Shown: positions 27,509 through 41,659, numbered from the stretch's first letter. The stretch is 64,000 bases of DNA from Eledone cirrhosa (GCA_964016885.1 OZ024748.1:38192001-38256000); one strand, 5' to 3'. The notes: generated from the sequence alone by a model not told the origin. Numbers and translations: made by a program.

Positions 27509-27842
27509 TTATTGTAGTTCTGAGATTTCTTACATCCAGTGTTTGTTGTGTTTAACTAGTATTGTTTGGAAGTATGTGTTTGTGTGAAGTCTAAGGTCTA
27601 CACCTCTGTCCAGAGTTTATATTCAGACGCAGTGCACCAGTAATCCTATTCATAATATTCTTCCATGCCTCTCATCTTCTGTTATTGTTTGTTTAGTTAC
27701 GTTACAAGGAGCTCCTCAACTTTATTTATCGATCTTTTATATTTACACTACTTATTTTTCCATTTCTAATTCGATTCGATTTCATTTGAAAATTGTCGGC
27801 ATATTGCCTAATGCATATAGCTGTCCACTACACACTACCATG

Positions 27843-27906
<64 letters not shown>

Positions 27907-28388
27907 GAAATGTGGGGTGTATGTGTGTGTGGGTGCATATTTATACAAATTCATGTAATGCATATAAACACATATACATAGACATATATATACATAGACA
28001 TATATATATATGTATATATTGACCTGACCACTCAGACATAAACGAGACGCTGCCTTCTTTATTCTTTATGCTAGAGGAGAATAATAAACAATCTCCATTC
28101 GATATTAACTTCTTTTCATGTTTTCTTTCTTTCTTTTGTATCTTTAGCTCTTTTCTTTTCTATCCAATTTATTGATTAATCTTGTGTAATCGAACTCAGA
28201 CCTTATGTTTCTCTTTAGTCCAACTTAGCTGTTTCACTGATCAAAGAAAACTTTAGCCATCGCCATTTTGCCATTTTCAATATTTTCATGTTCCTCCTTG
28301 TTTAGCCACATCACTCCACCCTACCCCACCCTACCCCTACCCCACCCAACTCCATCCTACCCCACTCTACCCCACCCTACTCCATCCA

Positions 28389-29218
28389 GATTCATTAGAG
28401 GTATCTAATTAAGCTATTTTACCTTCTGTACTCTAAATACCTGATTCATTAGAGGAATCTAATTAAGCTATCTTACAATCTGTACTCTAATTAACAGATT
28501 CGTTAGAGGTATCTCATTAATATATCGTATCTTCTGTACTCTAATTACCTGATTCATTAGAGGAATCTAATTAAGCTACCTTACCTTCTGTACTCTAATT
28601 AAGAGATTCATTAGAGGTATCTCATTAATATATCGTACCTTCTGTACTCTAATTACCTGATTCATTAGAGGCATCTAATTAAGCTATCTTACCTTCTGTA
28701 CTCTAATTAACAGATTCATTAGAGGTATCTCATTAATATATCGTACCTTCTGTACTCTAATTACCTGATTCATTAGAGGTATCTAATTAAGCTATCTTAC
28801 CTTTTGTACTCTAATTAACAGATTCATTAGAGGTATCTCATTAATATATCTTAGCTTCTGTACTCTAATTACCTGATTCATTAGAGGTATCTAATTAAGC
28901 TATCTTACCTTCTGTACTCTAATTAACAGATTCGTTAGAGGTATCTCATTAATATATCTTACCTTCTGTACTCTAATTGCCTGATTCATTAGAGGAATCT
29001 AATTAAGCTATCTTACCTTCTGTACTCTAATTAACAGATTCGATAGAGGTATCTCATTAATATATCTTACCTTCTGTACTCTAATTACCTGATTCATTAG
29101 AGGTATCTAATTAAGCTATCTTACCTTCTGTACTCTAATTAACAGATTCGTTAGAGGTATCTCATTAATATATCTTACCTTCTGTACTCTAATTACCTGA
29201 TTCATTAGAGGAATCTAA
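28389..29218. repeat. 54-bp minisatellite organised as a 108-bp A/B dimer
   Basis: Monomers start at 28389, 28443, 28497 and so on. CTAATTAAGCTATC..AATTAACA alternates with CTCATTAATATATC..AATTACCT. Confidence 0.93.
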
Positions 29219-29457
29219 CTATTCTGAGACGAAATCCTGCCGACCTCAGTTTTGCTTTTCATCGTTTCACAGGTGATATAATAAACTATTAGTAGCAGAT
29301 CGATATAATCGAATATACTCTCCTTCCTGCCGATACGATAGAGTATAATCGATATTATCGACTATACTCTTCTTCCTACCAAAGCAATGCGGCAATATGC
29401 TGTTATAAACTCTTAATATCACCATTGTCATCATCATCATTACCATCATCATCACCT

Positions 29458-32400
29458 ATAAGCGTAGAAGGAAGACGGTCAAAATGTTATCTCTGTGGGT
29501 CGAAGGGTCACCTCAGGGCCTTTTGCCCGCAGAAAACAGCGAAGAAGACGGCCCCTCTCCTTCCAATACCCGGTCCGCTGCTACCAAGAGCAGGGCAGGC
29601 AACAAACGCAGAAGCCCCTTCCACGGTGAGTAGGAGGGCAACGTCCGTGGCACCAGTACCAAGGCCACGGACAACTAAAGCAGCAGCATCAGTGGCGGCA
29701 ACACCAATAGCTACATTTGAAATAGCTACACCAGCAACACAATTGTCGGAGAGGGCTCCACTACCACCACCAACAGCCGTGGAGCACATACCCTTCCCAG
29801 ACGCCACGGAATCCGACATGGAGTTTGAGGCGGGAGTGAAGTGGCAAACGGTCTGCTACAAAAAACAAAGCACCACCGCCAACAACAACCACACCACCAC
29901 CAGCATCACCAAAAATACCAACAACGCAAACACAACAAAACACACACACCAACCAGCAACAAGAAGAAAACAGCAAGAAAATCACCCCTTCCCCCAAAAA
30001 GTACACAGCCATAAACATAGCAAAAAAAGAACTCATACAATATATAAAGCAGCACACAGACATCACAGAAAAAAACTACTACACCCACCAACACCAAGAA
30101 CTCTCCCGACAAACATAAGCATCTTTGAAATCTCAATAGCACAATACAAACCTTTAAAATAAAAATTCCCCAACGCAGTTGGAGACTTCAGAGGGTCGGT
30201 TACCAAGAGGATATACACTGACATCCTCTTGGAAACACACATGACCAGCGAAAGGTACGGTTCTACTGTCTCTTCACCACACGATCAAGGTAAGTGACCC
30301 GTTCTCACTTGCCCCGTTTCTCATCCAACATGGCCGTACTCAGAATAGGCAGTATATATGCACGTGGCCTGGGTCATCTTGGAAGCAGGGTCACCTGCTC
30401 AACGACCTCAGGTCACTAAACATAGATGTGGTGGCCATCAGTGAGACCAGGTGAGACCAGAATCTCCGAAGCACAAGACTTCGCACCGATCTTCGGCGGC
30501 TACGATGTATACGCATCTCCCAGCCGTCCAGGATCGGGGGGAGGGGTTGCCGTCCTTTTTCGGAGAGGCTTGGATCTCGCCATACGGGCCATCTTCCTAG
30601 ACCCAGAGGGTAAGTCGGTGGTGCTGGACGTGACCGGCAGAGAAGGCAATACTTTCAGGCTAGTAGCCGTCTACGCCCCAACAGGGGCAGGACGGCCAGA
30701 TTTCTTCAGACGTCTAAAGACCTTTCTTGGAACGTCCCGCTCTTTAGTGTTAGTGGGCGACTGGAACGATATCTTGGATGCACGCTGGGATTGTATGGGG
30801 CTAGTGGATAGGGGAGGAGGGTGCAAGAGCCTCACCAACCTGCTCAGACGTTTTGCGCTGTCTGACAGGTATCGACTGGATCACCCGAATGTGCCAATGT
30901 GGACATGGACAAACCGCATCGGGTCATCCAGATCGTATATCGATAGGGTATTCTGCAGAGAACTAGATAAGGCTAGTATAAGTTGTCCACAATTTAAAAT
31001 AGTCGACTACACAGACCACAAATTCGTGATCTGTGAGATCGACATAAACAGACTTCATAGACAAGGGCCCGGTTACTGGAAGCTGAACGCGTCTTTCCCG
31101 GTGCGCAAAGCCTACAGAGACCGGATTAGCGTATTAGTTAAGCGGGCGTTGACGGGAGCGGTCGTCAACAACAGGTGGTGGTTCGACCAATTCTTCAACG
31201 CAAAACACGAAGGTTGCGTTGTCAGAGCTAGAGCGCGTGCTCTGAAACACGAGGGGACAAAACCGTCCAATGGGTCCGGGTGGCAGAGCGCGACGTGGCA
31301 AAAAAGCCACAATTCGGTCTTTGTCTGACCAAAACGGGTGCGTGTTGCTCGAACCCAAGCAGATGTGTGAAGCTTTTCAGCAACATTTTGCTGAACTGTT
31401 CGGGAGCAGCGGTGGCCCGGATCGGGCATGGACTTCAGTGCATACCCCAACGAACTGCCTCGGCTCTCGACGACCGCAGCACAGTGTTGCGAAAAGCCAA
31501 TAGCAGCCGGTGAAATACGGGAAGCGATGGCTAACTGCACGAGGGGTAAATCGCCAGGTTTGGATGGTCTGCCCTACGAGCTTTATGCATTTATGCCAGA
31601 CTTATTCAGTGACCTCTTGGCAGACGTCTACTGCAACTGGCAGCAGAACGGGAGCATTCCCAGTTTTGTGAGCCGGGGAACGGTGGCGCTGCTGAGAAAA
31701 GACCCGAACAAGGGGGATGTTATCGATAATTTCAGGCCCATAACCCTGCTAAACGCAGAGTTCAAAATTTTGACCAAGGTGTTAGTAACGAGTTTGGCGC
31801 TTGTCGTCAAGGGTCTGGTGGGAGAGGCGCATACATGCGCCATTCCGGACAGATCCATACACGACAACCTCCACCTCATGCGATACATCATAGAGAGGGT
31901 GGTTAAGGAACCTGGCACGGGTGGGGCCCTGATCAACTTGGATCAATCCAAAGCATTCGATAGGGTCGACCATCGGTACCTGGTGGCGGTCCTCGAGGCA
32001 GCCGATTTCGGGCCCGTTTTCAGGGGTTGGATCGCTGCGATGTACAACGACATCTGCTCAGTTGTGAGTGTGAACGGTCACCTGTCGCAGCCGTTCAGCA
32101 TCATGCGCTCAGCCCGCCAGGGTTGTCCCCTCTCGTCCCTCTTTTACATATTGGATCTTGAGCCGTTACTGCACAAACTGGGGGCGATGTGGGGCGTCCC
32201 ACGCAAACTAGGATGCGGGAAATCCGAGTCGGCTTACGCCGACGACGTCCCCGTGGTGGTGTCGAGCACCAGACACGTCCAGATGCTCGTCACCGCTCTC
32301 AAGGAATACGAAGCGGTGACAGGAGGAAAGATAAACCAGGAAAAGTCGGTGGGCTTGCAGCTCGGCACCTGGAGAGGCAAGTCCATGCTGTCCGACAGCG

Positions 32401-33899
32401 CCGTGGGGTGTTGGACAGACGGACCGGTTAAATTGCTCGGGGTCTGGTTCGGACTGGACCTCCAGATGGAGAAAAACTGGAACGAGGTGACGAGCAAGGT
32501 GGCCTCCCTCACTCAGAAATGGGCCGAGAGCAAGCTGTCCCTGAAAGGCCGGGCGGAGGTGGCGAATGCGTACATCGCATCCGTCATCTGCTACCGCCTC
32601 ACCGTCGTCCCTTGCACCGGCCCAACTCTCACCAAAATGGAGCGCCTACTCTTCCGCTTTTGTGGAAAGGACTCGCTCTCATGGTCAGACGATCCATCTG
32701 CTGTCAACATCCGTTGCGTGGAGGACTGGGCATGCCATGGCTGGTGATGCGCAAACATGCGCTGAGGCTGCGACATCTCTGGTGCTTCCTCGATGGTGTA
32801 CAGATGTGTCGCCGTTCGCCAGGCACGTTTTCCCACAGCTCGTCTCCTTGGCGGAGCTGCAGTCCTAGGTCAGAAAAAGACCGAGGGATAGGGCTTGGAA
32901 ATTGGAATGTCTCCAGGCGCTCACTGCCCTCTGCCAGCTGGGCACCAGTATCGGTGGAACATCCACCTCGGCGTTCTATAGAGGACTAGTGGAGGGGAAG
33001 AGCGACGACGTTATCGGAGAGATCCTGGGCGTCGAAGAAGATCAGCTGTTTGCTCTCTTCCGGAGAACTTTCAGCCCAGGGCCTATGGATAACTTCCAAA
33101 AATCCCTGGCCTGGTAGTGCTACCGGGGAGCGTTGCCGGTTCGAGATAAGCTCTACAGGCACGGAAGTGCCGTCAGCCGAGCCTGTCCGAGATGCGCGCA
33201 GAACGACGAAACCGTCGTGCACGCACTCGTTCAGTGCCCGAGCATTGCTGACTTGTGGAGCTATGTCGAACAGTTGCTGTCGCATGTAGGACTGATCCGG
33301 TTATCGACTGAGTCCATTGTGCAGATGGTCTCGCCGTCTTCCTTTGAGGAAGAAGGGCAGGCGGTTTTCATGTGCCTGGTGGCCATGGCGAAAGAGATTG
33401 TGTGGTGGACAAGGTTGAAAGGGTTAAAGACAGACACTTTCCTCTTCGGCGAATCCCTAATTAACTTTTTCAAGTTTCACTTAAAGAGGAAAATCAGGGT
33501 GGAGGGGAAAGTGTTGCCCTCTAGCAAGTTTGTTGAAAGGTGGGTGAATGTAGCGAGAATGGTTCGAGTGAACGGGACCGCTCTGAATATACGTCTGTAG
33601 TTTGAGAAATGGAAAAATTGAGAGAGGGTGCTTGCCCTGGTGGTCAGGGTGGCCGTGGTCTTTTGTGTGGTTTTCACCACAAGTAACCCTCGGAGGTTTC
33701 CCACCTATTGGGAAATTTTTCATTGTTTCAATTTTCATTTTTATTGTTTATATATATATATGTTTCTATGTCTTTTTTTCTTTTCTTATATAAATAATAA
33801 AAATATTTACACGCTCAAAACCCACATCGTACCGTCTTGTACCGTCCTGTGCCGTCTGTAATGTTTTTCTTGATGTCAGCCCTTGTGGCCAATAAAGAA
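29458..33899 (+). mobile_element. Tx1/L1-clade LINE: partial ORF1 (CCHC knuckle) and decayed ORF2 (APE-RT-CCHC, 30330-33600)
   Basis: CYLCGSKGHLRAFC, VYAP, GDWN, SYIDRV, TDH, YADD. Frameshifts and a ~155-bp internal deletion at ~31183 relative to the next copy. Confidence 0.95.
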
Positions 33900-36800
33900 C
33901 AACAGCAACAATGAAATTAAGAAAACCACCCTGTGTTTTGCCAGAGTAGCAAAAAAGTGCGAAGCATTCCAGGTAACTCAGGAGGAATTAGAAGAAGCCA
34001 AAAGAATGGTAAAGAAAGATGGGTACAGGGTCAGCCCCACACCCACACACACACACACCTAATAAAATAGAGCATCGGCGCCTATGCACCGTGTCTTATC
34101 GGACGATTAACATAAAATCGCGCTGAGTGGAACGGGCATCCGAGTCCCAAATCCAAAATGCTTTGGGACATGTGTGGGCAAAAAAAAACCACATCAGATG
34201 TGGGCAGAAATATGGAACCGTGGACGTGTTCTTTGAAACACCACAGGTGGCCAGAGAACACTCCATGGCCCCATTAAGAAGTGATGACTTCACACTCGTC
34301 CCAAGCTATTGTGGCCAGAGATTGTGAAGATCAGGGTGACCCACGTTCCACCGGCCATCGAAATTCCCTGGCTAATCGCTGCCGTCCTCGCTGGCATCGA
34401 GGCCAACACCAAGATAATCGAAATAGCGAAAGAAAAGCAGGAGAACTGGTCCGGATCTGGGATGGAGCTCCTGATCCAAGCGGACCAAAAAAGCATTGAG
34501 GAGATCCCAGAGGTAATAGACCTCACTGACGGCAGCCACCTCACCGTAATCGTCGAGGGCAGAAAGCCTAGGTGTGTCGTTTGTGGTGAAGGAACCCACC
34601 TAAGGGCTTTCTGCCCTCAGGCTAAAAGGTTGAGTCCATCTCTCTTACCCACACCAGTGACTCAACCATCAACACCACCAGCAGCAGAAATGGTAGCAAC
34701 AACTGTAGCAGCAACAACAGAAGCAACTGTAACAGCAACAACCCCAGCAACAGTAGCAAAACCAACACCACAACCACCCAACGCGCCAGAACTAGCACCA
34801 GCGCCTACACCATCCACCACGCCACAACCAAAACCAACGCCTGTGGAGGATTTTCCACTCCCCGACCTATCGCAACTGGAGACAGATTGTGACGACGAGG
34901 AGTGGGAAACGGTATCAAGCAAAAAGAAAAAAAGAAAAAGAAACCAAAAAAGAAAAAATCCCCTTCCTTTCCCCTCCAAAAACAAAATACAGAGAGATAC
35001 AAATAAACTATCAAACAAAAAAGTTAGGACAGCTATGCCACCATCCACACCAGCATCACCAACCCCATCACCACAAACACCAACACAATCACCATCATTA
35101 ACCCCAACACCACCATCACCAACACCACAAAAGTCACCAAAAACGAAACAGAAACAAACCCACAGCAAACGCAAACAAAACAAAACAACCAAAACGATAC
35201 ATACTACACAGCATTAAATTTGAACAACAACCAATTATTACACTACATCCAACACAACACCAGCATCACAGAAAAAGACTACACAACAACCCAAAAGTTC
35301 ACACCACTTCCACACATACAAATTACTCGCATCACACAGAAAACGTACACGACACTAAAACAAAAATTCCCCAAAGACATCGGAGACTTCCGACAAGCAC
35401 TCTCCAGGAGGATTTATAAGGACATCCTTCCGGAGGAGGCCACAAGCAGTGAAAAGGATGGAGAAACCATCCTTCCTCTACGAGAAGTAAGGTAAGTGGC
35501 CTTTCCCATCTTTTCCACTTCATTTCAACATGACCTCACTCAGAATAGGCAGCATAAATGCGCGTGGCTTGGGGGCGTCATGGAAGCAGGGCCACCTGCT
35601 CAACGACCTCAGGTCACTAAACATAGATGTAGTGGCCATCAGCGAGACCAGAATCTCCGAAGCACGGGCCTTCGCACCGATCTTCGGCGGCTACGATGTG
35701 TACGCATCTCCCAGCCGTCCTGGATCGGGGGGAGGAGTTGCTGTGCTTTTTCGGAGAGGTTTGGATCTCGCCATACGGGCCATCTTCCTGGACCCAGAAG
35801 GTAAGTTGGTGGTGCTGGACGTGACCAGCGGAGATGGGCAAGCGTTCAGGCTAGTGGCCGTCTATGCCCCGACAGGAGCAGGGCGGCCTGATTTCTTCCG
35901 GCCTCTGGAGACCTTTCTTGGAACGTCCCGCTCTATAGTGTTAGTGGGCGACTGGAACGGGATCTTGGATGCACGCTGGGACTGTGTGGGATTAGCGGAT
36001 AGGGGAGGAGGGTGCAAGAGCCTCACCAACCTGCTCAGGCGTTTTGAACTGTCTGACAGGTACCGATTGGATTTCCCGAATGTGCCAATGTGGACTTGGA
36101 CAAATCGCATAGGGTCATCCAGATCATATCTAGATAGAGTATTTTGTAGGGAAATAGATAAGTCTAGCATAGGCTGTCCACAATTCAAGATAGTCAGCTA
36201 CACGGACCACAAATTCGTGATCTGTGTGCTTCACTTAGATAGGCTTCATACACGAGGACCCGGCTACTGGAAGTTAAACGCGTCCTTACCAGCGCGCAAG
36301 GCCTACAGAGACCGGATTAGCGAACTAGTTAAGCGGGCGTTGACGGGGGCCATCGTCAACAACAAGTAGTGGTTTGCTCTGAAAAGAGCGATTAGAATAG
36401 AGTCCATTAGGTTTAGTAAGGCTTTAGCAATAGAGAAAAATAGAGCAGAGGGAGAACTAGTTAGAAAATTAGACGAGGCGCTTAGCAAAGGCATCGCGAC
36501 CGACGTACTTGCGGCGAAATTGGCCCTTGACCAATTCTTCAATGCAAAGCACGAAGGATGCGTTGTCAGAGCTAGGTGCGTGCTCTCAGACACGCGGGGA
36601 TGAAAGCCGTTCAATGGGCCCGAGTGGCGGAGGCGCGTCGTGGCAGCAAAGCCACGATCCGGTATTTGGTGGACAACGACGGGCGCATGCTACTCGATCC
36701 CGAGCAAATGTGTGAAGCTTTTCAGCGACACTTCGCACAGCTGTTCGGGTGCAGCGGCGGGCCGGATCGAGGGATAGACTTTAGTGTCTACCTCGACGGA

Positions 36801-39148
36801 CTGCCGCGGCTCTCGGCCACTGAGGCGGAGTGTTGCGAAAAGCCGATAACAGCCGCTGAAGTACGGGAGGCAATGACTGGCCGCACAAGGGGTAAATCGC
36901 CTGGTTTGGATGGTCTGCCCTATGAACTTTACGTACAGATGCCAGACTTGTTCGGAGGCCTCTTGGCGGACGTCTACTGCAACTGGCAACAGAACGGGAG
37001 AATTCCCAGTTCTGTGAGCCGAGGAGCGGTGGCGCTGCTGAGAAAGGATCCGAACAAAGGGGGTAACATAGATAATTTCAGGCCCATAGCTCTGTTAAAC
37101 ACAGAGTTCAAGATTTTAGCCAAGGTGCTAGCAAAGAGGTTGTCGCTTGTCGTTGGTGGTCTGGTGGGAGAGGCGCAGACATGCGCCATTCCCGACAGAT
37201 CCATCCACGACAACCTCCACCTCATGCGATACATCGTAGAGAGGGTAGCTAGGGAACCTGGCACGGGTGGGTCCTTGATCAATTTAGATCAGTCGAAAGC
37301 TTTCGATAGGGTCGACCATTGTTACCTAGCGGCAGTCCTGAGGGCGGCTGGCTTTGGGCCCGTCTTTAGAGGCTGGATCGCTGCCATGCACAGCGACATC
37401 TGCTATGTGGTGAGAGTGAACGGTCACCTTTCGGAACCGTTCAACATCATGCGCTCGGTCCGCCAAGGATGTCCCGTCTCGTCCCTCTTGTACGTATTGA
37501 CTCTCGAGCCATTACTGCACAAACTGGAAACGTTGAGGGGGATCCCGCGCGAACTAGGATGCGGAAGATCCGTGTCAGCATATGCGGACGATGTCACCGT
37601 AGTGGTGTCGAACGCCAGAAGCGGTGACAGGAGCAATGATCAACCAGGAAAAGTCAGTGGGCCTGCAACTCGGCACCTGGAGAGGCAGGTCCATGCCGTC
37701 CAACAGCGTCGCCGGGCGCTGGACGGACGGACCGGTTAAATTGCTAGGGGTCTGGTTCGGTCCGGACCTCCAGACGGACAAAAACTGGGACGAGGTGACG
37801 AGCAGGGTGGCTTCTCTCACCCAGAAATGGGCGGAGAGGAAGCTATCCCTGAAAGGTCGAGCGGAGGTGGCTAACGCGTACATCGCGTCCGTCATTTACT
37901 ACCGCCTGGCCGTCGTACCTTGTCCTAAGCCCCGCCTGACTGCGCTGGAGCGTTTCCTCTTTCGCTTTTTGTGGAAGGGACGCGCTCCGATTGTCAGGCG
38001 GTCCATCTGTTTCAACACCCGCTACGTGGAGGGCTGAGCATGCCGTGGCTTATGATGCGCAGACACGCGCTCAGGCTACGACATCTCCACCTCTTCCTCG
38101 ACGGTGATCAGGTGTGGTCGCCGTTTGCTAGACGCGTCTTTCCTCAGCTCGTCTCTTTGACGGAGCTGCAGTCCTGGATCAAGCGAAGACCGAGAGGGAG
38201 CGCTTGGGGACTGGAATGTCTTCAGCCGCTCACAGCCCTCGACCAATCGGGCAATGTGATCGGTGGAAACTCCACCTTGGCGTTCTATAGAGGATTAGTG
38301 GAGGGCAAGAGCGACGACGTACTTGGAGAAACAACTAGCCAATCTCTTCGGAAGAACTTTCGGGCCCGGGCCTATGGACAACTTCCAGAAATCCCTGGCC
38401 TGGCAGTGCTACCGAGGAGCTTTGCCAGTTCGGGATAATCTCTACAGGCATGGAGGTGCCGTTAGCCGGGCATGTCCGAGATGCGCGCAGGGCGATGAAA
38501 CCGTCCTGCACGCACTCGTCCAGTGTCCGAGCATTGCTGACTTGTGGGTTTATGTCAAACACCTGCTGTCACGTGTAGGACAGATCCAGCTATCAGCTGA
38601 GTCCATCGTGAGGATTGCCCCCCCCCCCCCCCCCCCTCTTTCTTTAGCCGGGAAGGGCAGGCAGTTTTTATTTGTCTGGTGGCCATGGCGAAAGAGATAG
38701 TATGGTGGACACGTTTGAAAGGGCTGAAGACGAGCACTTACCTCTTCGGTGATGCCCTAATTAACTTTTTCAAATTTCATTTGAAAAGGAAAATCAGGGT
38801 AGAAAGGGAAGTCTTCTCTTCCCAGCTTTTTGTTGAAAGATGGGTGAGAGAAGCAAGTATGGCCCGAGTGAATGGGCCTACTCTGAGTAAGTGTCTGTAA
38901 ATTAAAGGTGGAAAATTGGGAGAGGGCACTTGCCATGATGGTCAGGGTCACTGTGACCTTTTAATGGGCTTTCTCCACAAATATCCCTCGGAAGCCTCCC
39001 CCCTATTGGGGAATTTTTCATTGTTATTTTTTGTTACATCCTGTTTTTTTTTTTTTTACACGCAGAAATGCCCATTTGTACCGTCCTGTATTGTCCTGTA
39101 CTGTCCTTAATGTCTACTTTATGTAAACCCTTGTGGTTAATAAAGAAA
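33900..39148 (+). mobile_element. near full-length Tx1/L1-clade LINE (ORF1 ~33911-35495, ORF2 35530-38900, disrupted)
   Basis: ORF1 CVVCGEGTHLRAFC with a P/T-rich tail. ORF2 begins MTSLRIGSINARGL (APE) and includes RT YADD and CPRC..H..QC. 3' AATAAAGAAA then (ATT)n. Confidence 0.96.
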
Positions 39149-39149
39149 G

Positions 39150-39181
<32 letters not shown>

Positions 39182-39286
39182 TTATTATGTTTTCGACAGA
39201 TTACTTCACCAGGTGGTTCATATATGTTGTCCCTGAGGTGTGTGTAGCATTGACGTTTGGGAATGTAGGCACACACACACATGTAC

Positions 39287-39322
<36 letters not shown>

Positions 39323-39423
39323 GGGGGGGATAAATAGAGAGAGAATAAGAGAGAGAGACAGACAGAGGGGGGGAGATAAAGAGATAAATAGATTGATAGA
39401 TGGACGTGTGTGTGTGTGTTTGT

Positions 39424-39536
<113 letters not shown>

Positions 39537-39561
39537 CGTGTGTGTGTGTGTGTGTGTGTGA

Positions 39562-39666
39562 ATCGATATCTCATCAGATATGCGAGTTCGTGTTTGTAGA
39601 CATAGAACATATTGAAACTCATGATTGAACCCTGAGCTGATCGATATCGAAACAATTGTCATGTGT
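39562..39666. ncRNA. hammerhead ribozyme split into two oppositely oriented halves
   Basis: Minus strand 39583-39562 gcatat-CTGATGA-gatatcgat. Plus strand 39640-39666 atcgatatc-GAAA-CAATTG-TC-atgtgt. Confidence 0.65.
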
Positions 39667-39853
39667 AATAATTGTTTCTACTTTTGGCACAAGGCCAGCA
39701 ATTACCCAGTGCATTACTGGTACTTTATTTTATCGACCCTGTAAGGATGAAGGGCAAAGTTAATCTCGGCGGGATTTGAACTCAGAATGGCAAGGGCCGT
39801 AACTCTATGCGTCAAAACATGGCGTCCGACCCTCTACCGATACTGCCAATCCG
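39667..39853 (-). mobile_element. tRNA-derived SINE
   Basis: Same family as 19827-20018. GTGTAATA is duplicated on both sides. Confidence 0.85.
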
Positions 39854-39895
39854 TGTAATATTGTTTATGGTGCAGCTTTCACTTCGTTCCTTACT

Positions 39896-39951
<56 letters not shown>

Positions 39952-40041
39952 CATACATACATGCATACATACATACATACATACATACATACATACATAC
40001 ATACATACATACATACATACATACATACATACATACATACA

Positions 40042-41062
40042 TAGTTGGCAACCATCTTGCCCAGGTTTATGAGCATGAAAAAAAAATATCATTAGAATAG
40101 CGACTGATCTGGAGGAGAGATATGGAATAAAGCCTGATATAAATCTCTCACCCAGAGAAATCGGAAGATCCTATTCAATGTTCAAACAAGATAAAAAAAA
40201 TTGACCAATTTACAGAAAAAGTTATGCATGGATACTTGAGGTGTAAAACACAGACCATAGAGGGGATAAAACACTCAAAAAGCCTGGCATGGAGTTCCGA
40301 CAAGTTTATGACATCACACCTTGAGGGATATCTCTATGCAATACAGGAACAAGAACTTCCTACCAAATATCTGCTGCACAAAAGAGGAGGGCCAGCAGCT
40401 GACAATAAATGTAGGCTATGTAAAACAAAGATCGAGGATGTAAGCCACATTGTTGCCAGCTGCGAAATAATGTCATCTCGCTACTACCTCCCCATGAGAC
40501 ACGATGGGATAGCTAGAACCATCTGGAACGCACTTCGGAAAACAAAATTAACAACAAACGAGGAAGAATATATTGAGACAGATGGCACTAAGGAATACTG
40601 GTGGAACCTGAAAATAAAAATTGCCACCAAATTAAAGCACAACCTGCCTGATATTGTTGTTTGGGACCACACATTGAAAACGTGTTCTGTTGTGGAGATC
40701 AGCTGCCCACTTGATGTAAACGTTGTCAGAAAAATACAGGAGAAGGAGGACATCTATGGACCATTGATGAGGAGTTTACAAATCCAGTATCCAAGATACA
40801 CCTTTAGCTTCATACCCATCATTATTGGAGCTACGGGTTATATACCAACCCGCTTGGACCAAAGTATGACTGAACTTGGATTTGCGGACAAAAAGCGCAG
40901 CTCCCTAATTCATAGTCTACAAATGGCTGCGATAGCTGGCACCTTCAAAATTTGCAAAACATTCTTGCGATTCAAGGGATGACAATTTCTTTTCTTTTAC
41001 AACCTTGCCACCAGGAAGGTGGCCGGTCAAAAGAAAATACTCGAAATTAAGAGAAAGAGATA
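40042..41062 (+). mobile_element. 3' fragment of an RLE-type non-LTR retrotransposon (R4/Dong-like)
   Basis: ORF 40224-40982: AIQEQ.L.T, CRLC...E...HIVASC, RHD, PDIVV..VVEISCP..K...Y (CCHC plus PD-(D/E)xK). Confidence 0.88.
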
Positions 41063-41311
41063 ACATACATATATATATATACATATATATAGATATAGAT
41101 TTAGTCAAACAGTTGAATCAACTAAGCTAAAACTTCGAAGTCGCTATCACTTTTCTACTTAAAAAGTGAATTTCTATGTTCTACTCACCAGTATTGAGTG
41201 CTTAATCATTTAATGTTAGACTCTTTTAAATACTACGGTTTTTAAAAAGAATATTCAATGTATATATATACATATATATATATATATCACTTGCTTGTCT
41301 CCCAACAATAC

Positions 41312-41362
<51 letters not shown>

Positions 41363-41659
41363 GAAGGAAGGGTACTCTAATTTAATTACACATTTTTCCC
41401 GGAAGTAGTCATTGAATAACCGATACAATTAAGTAGCAACATTTCGATAAATCAGCTACTTGCACGGAATTAAACACTTTCTCTAGTTTCTACACAATCG
41501 TAAAATTATTGATCTCTTAAATTCATGCAAAATTATTAAATTGCCGCATAAAATAAAACTCCTTCATGTTTTCACATGAGAAAATATCTACAAAAGAAAT
41601 TGCTCATTTTCTGGAATTTCTCGTTGAATAAAACAGAGAACAAGACACAATATAGAAAC

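Noticed and set aside
27533-28310. Unique AT-rich sequence next to a minus-strand GTAAG donor
   Set aside because: No sustained open frame found by manual translation.
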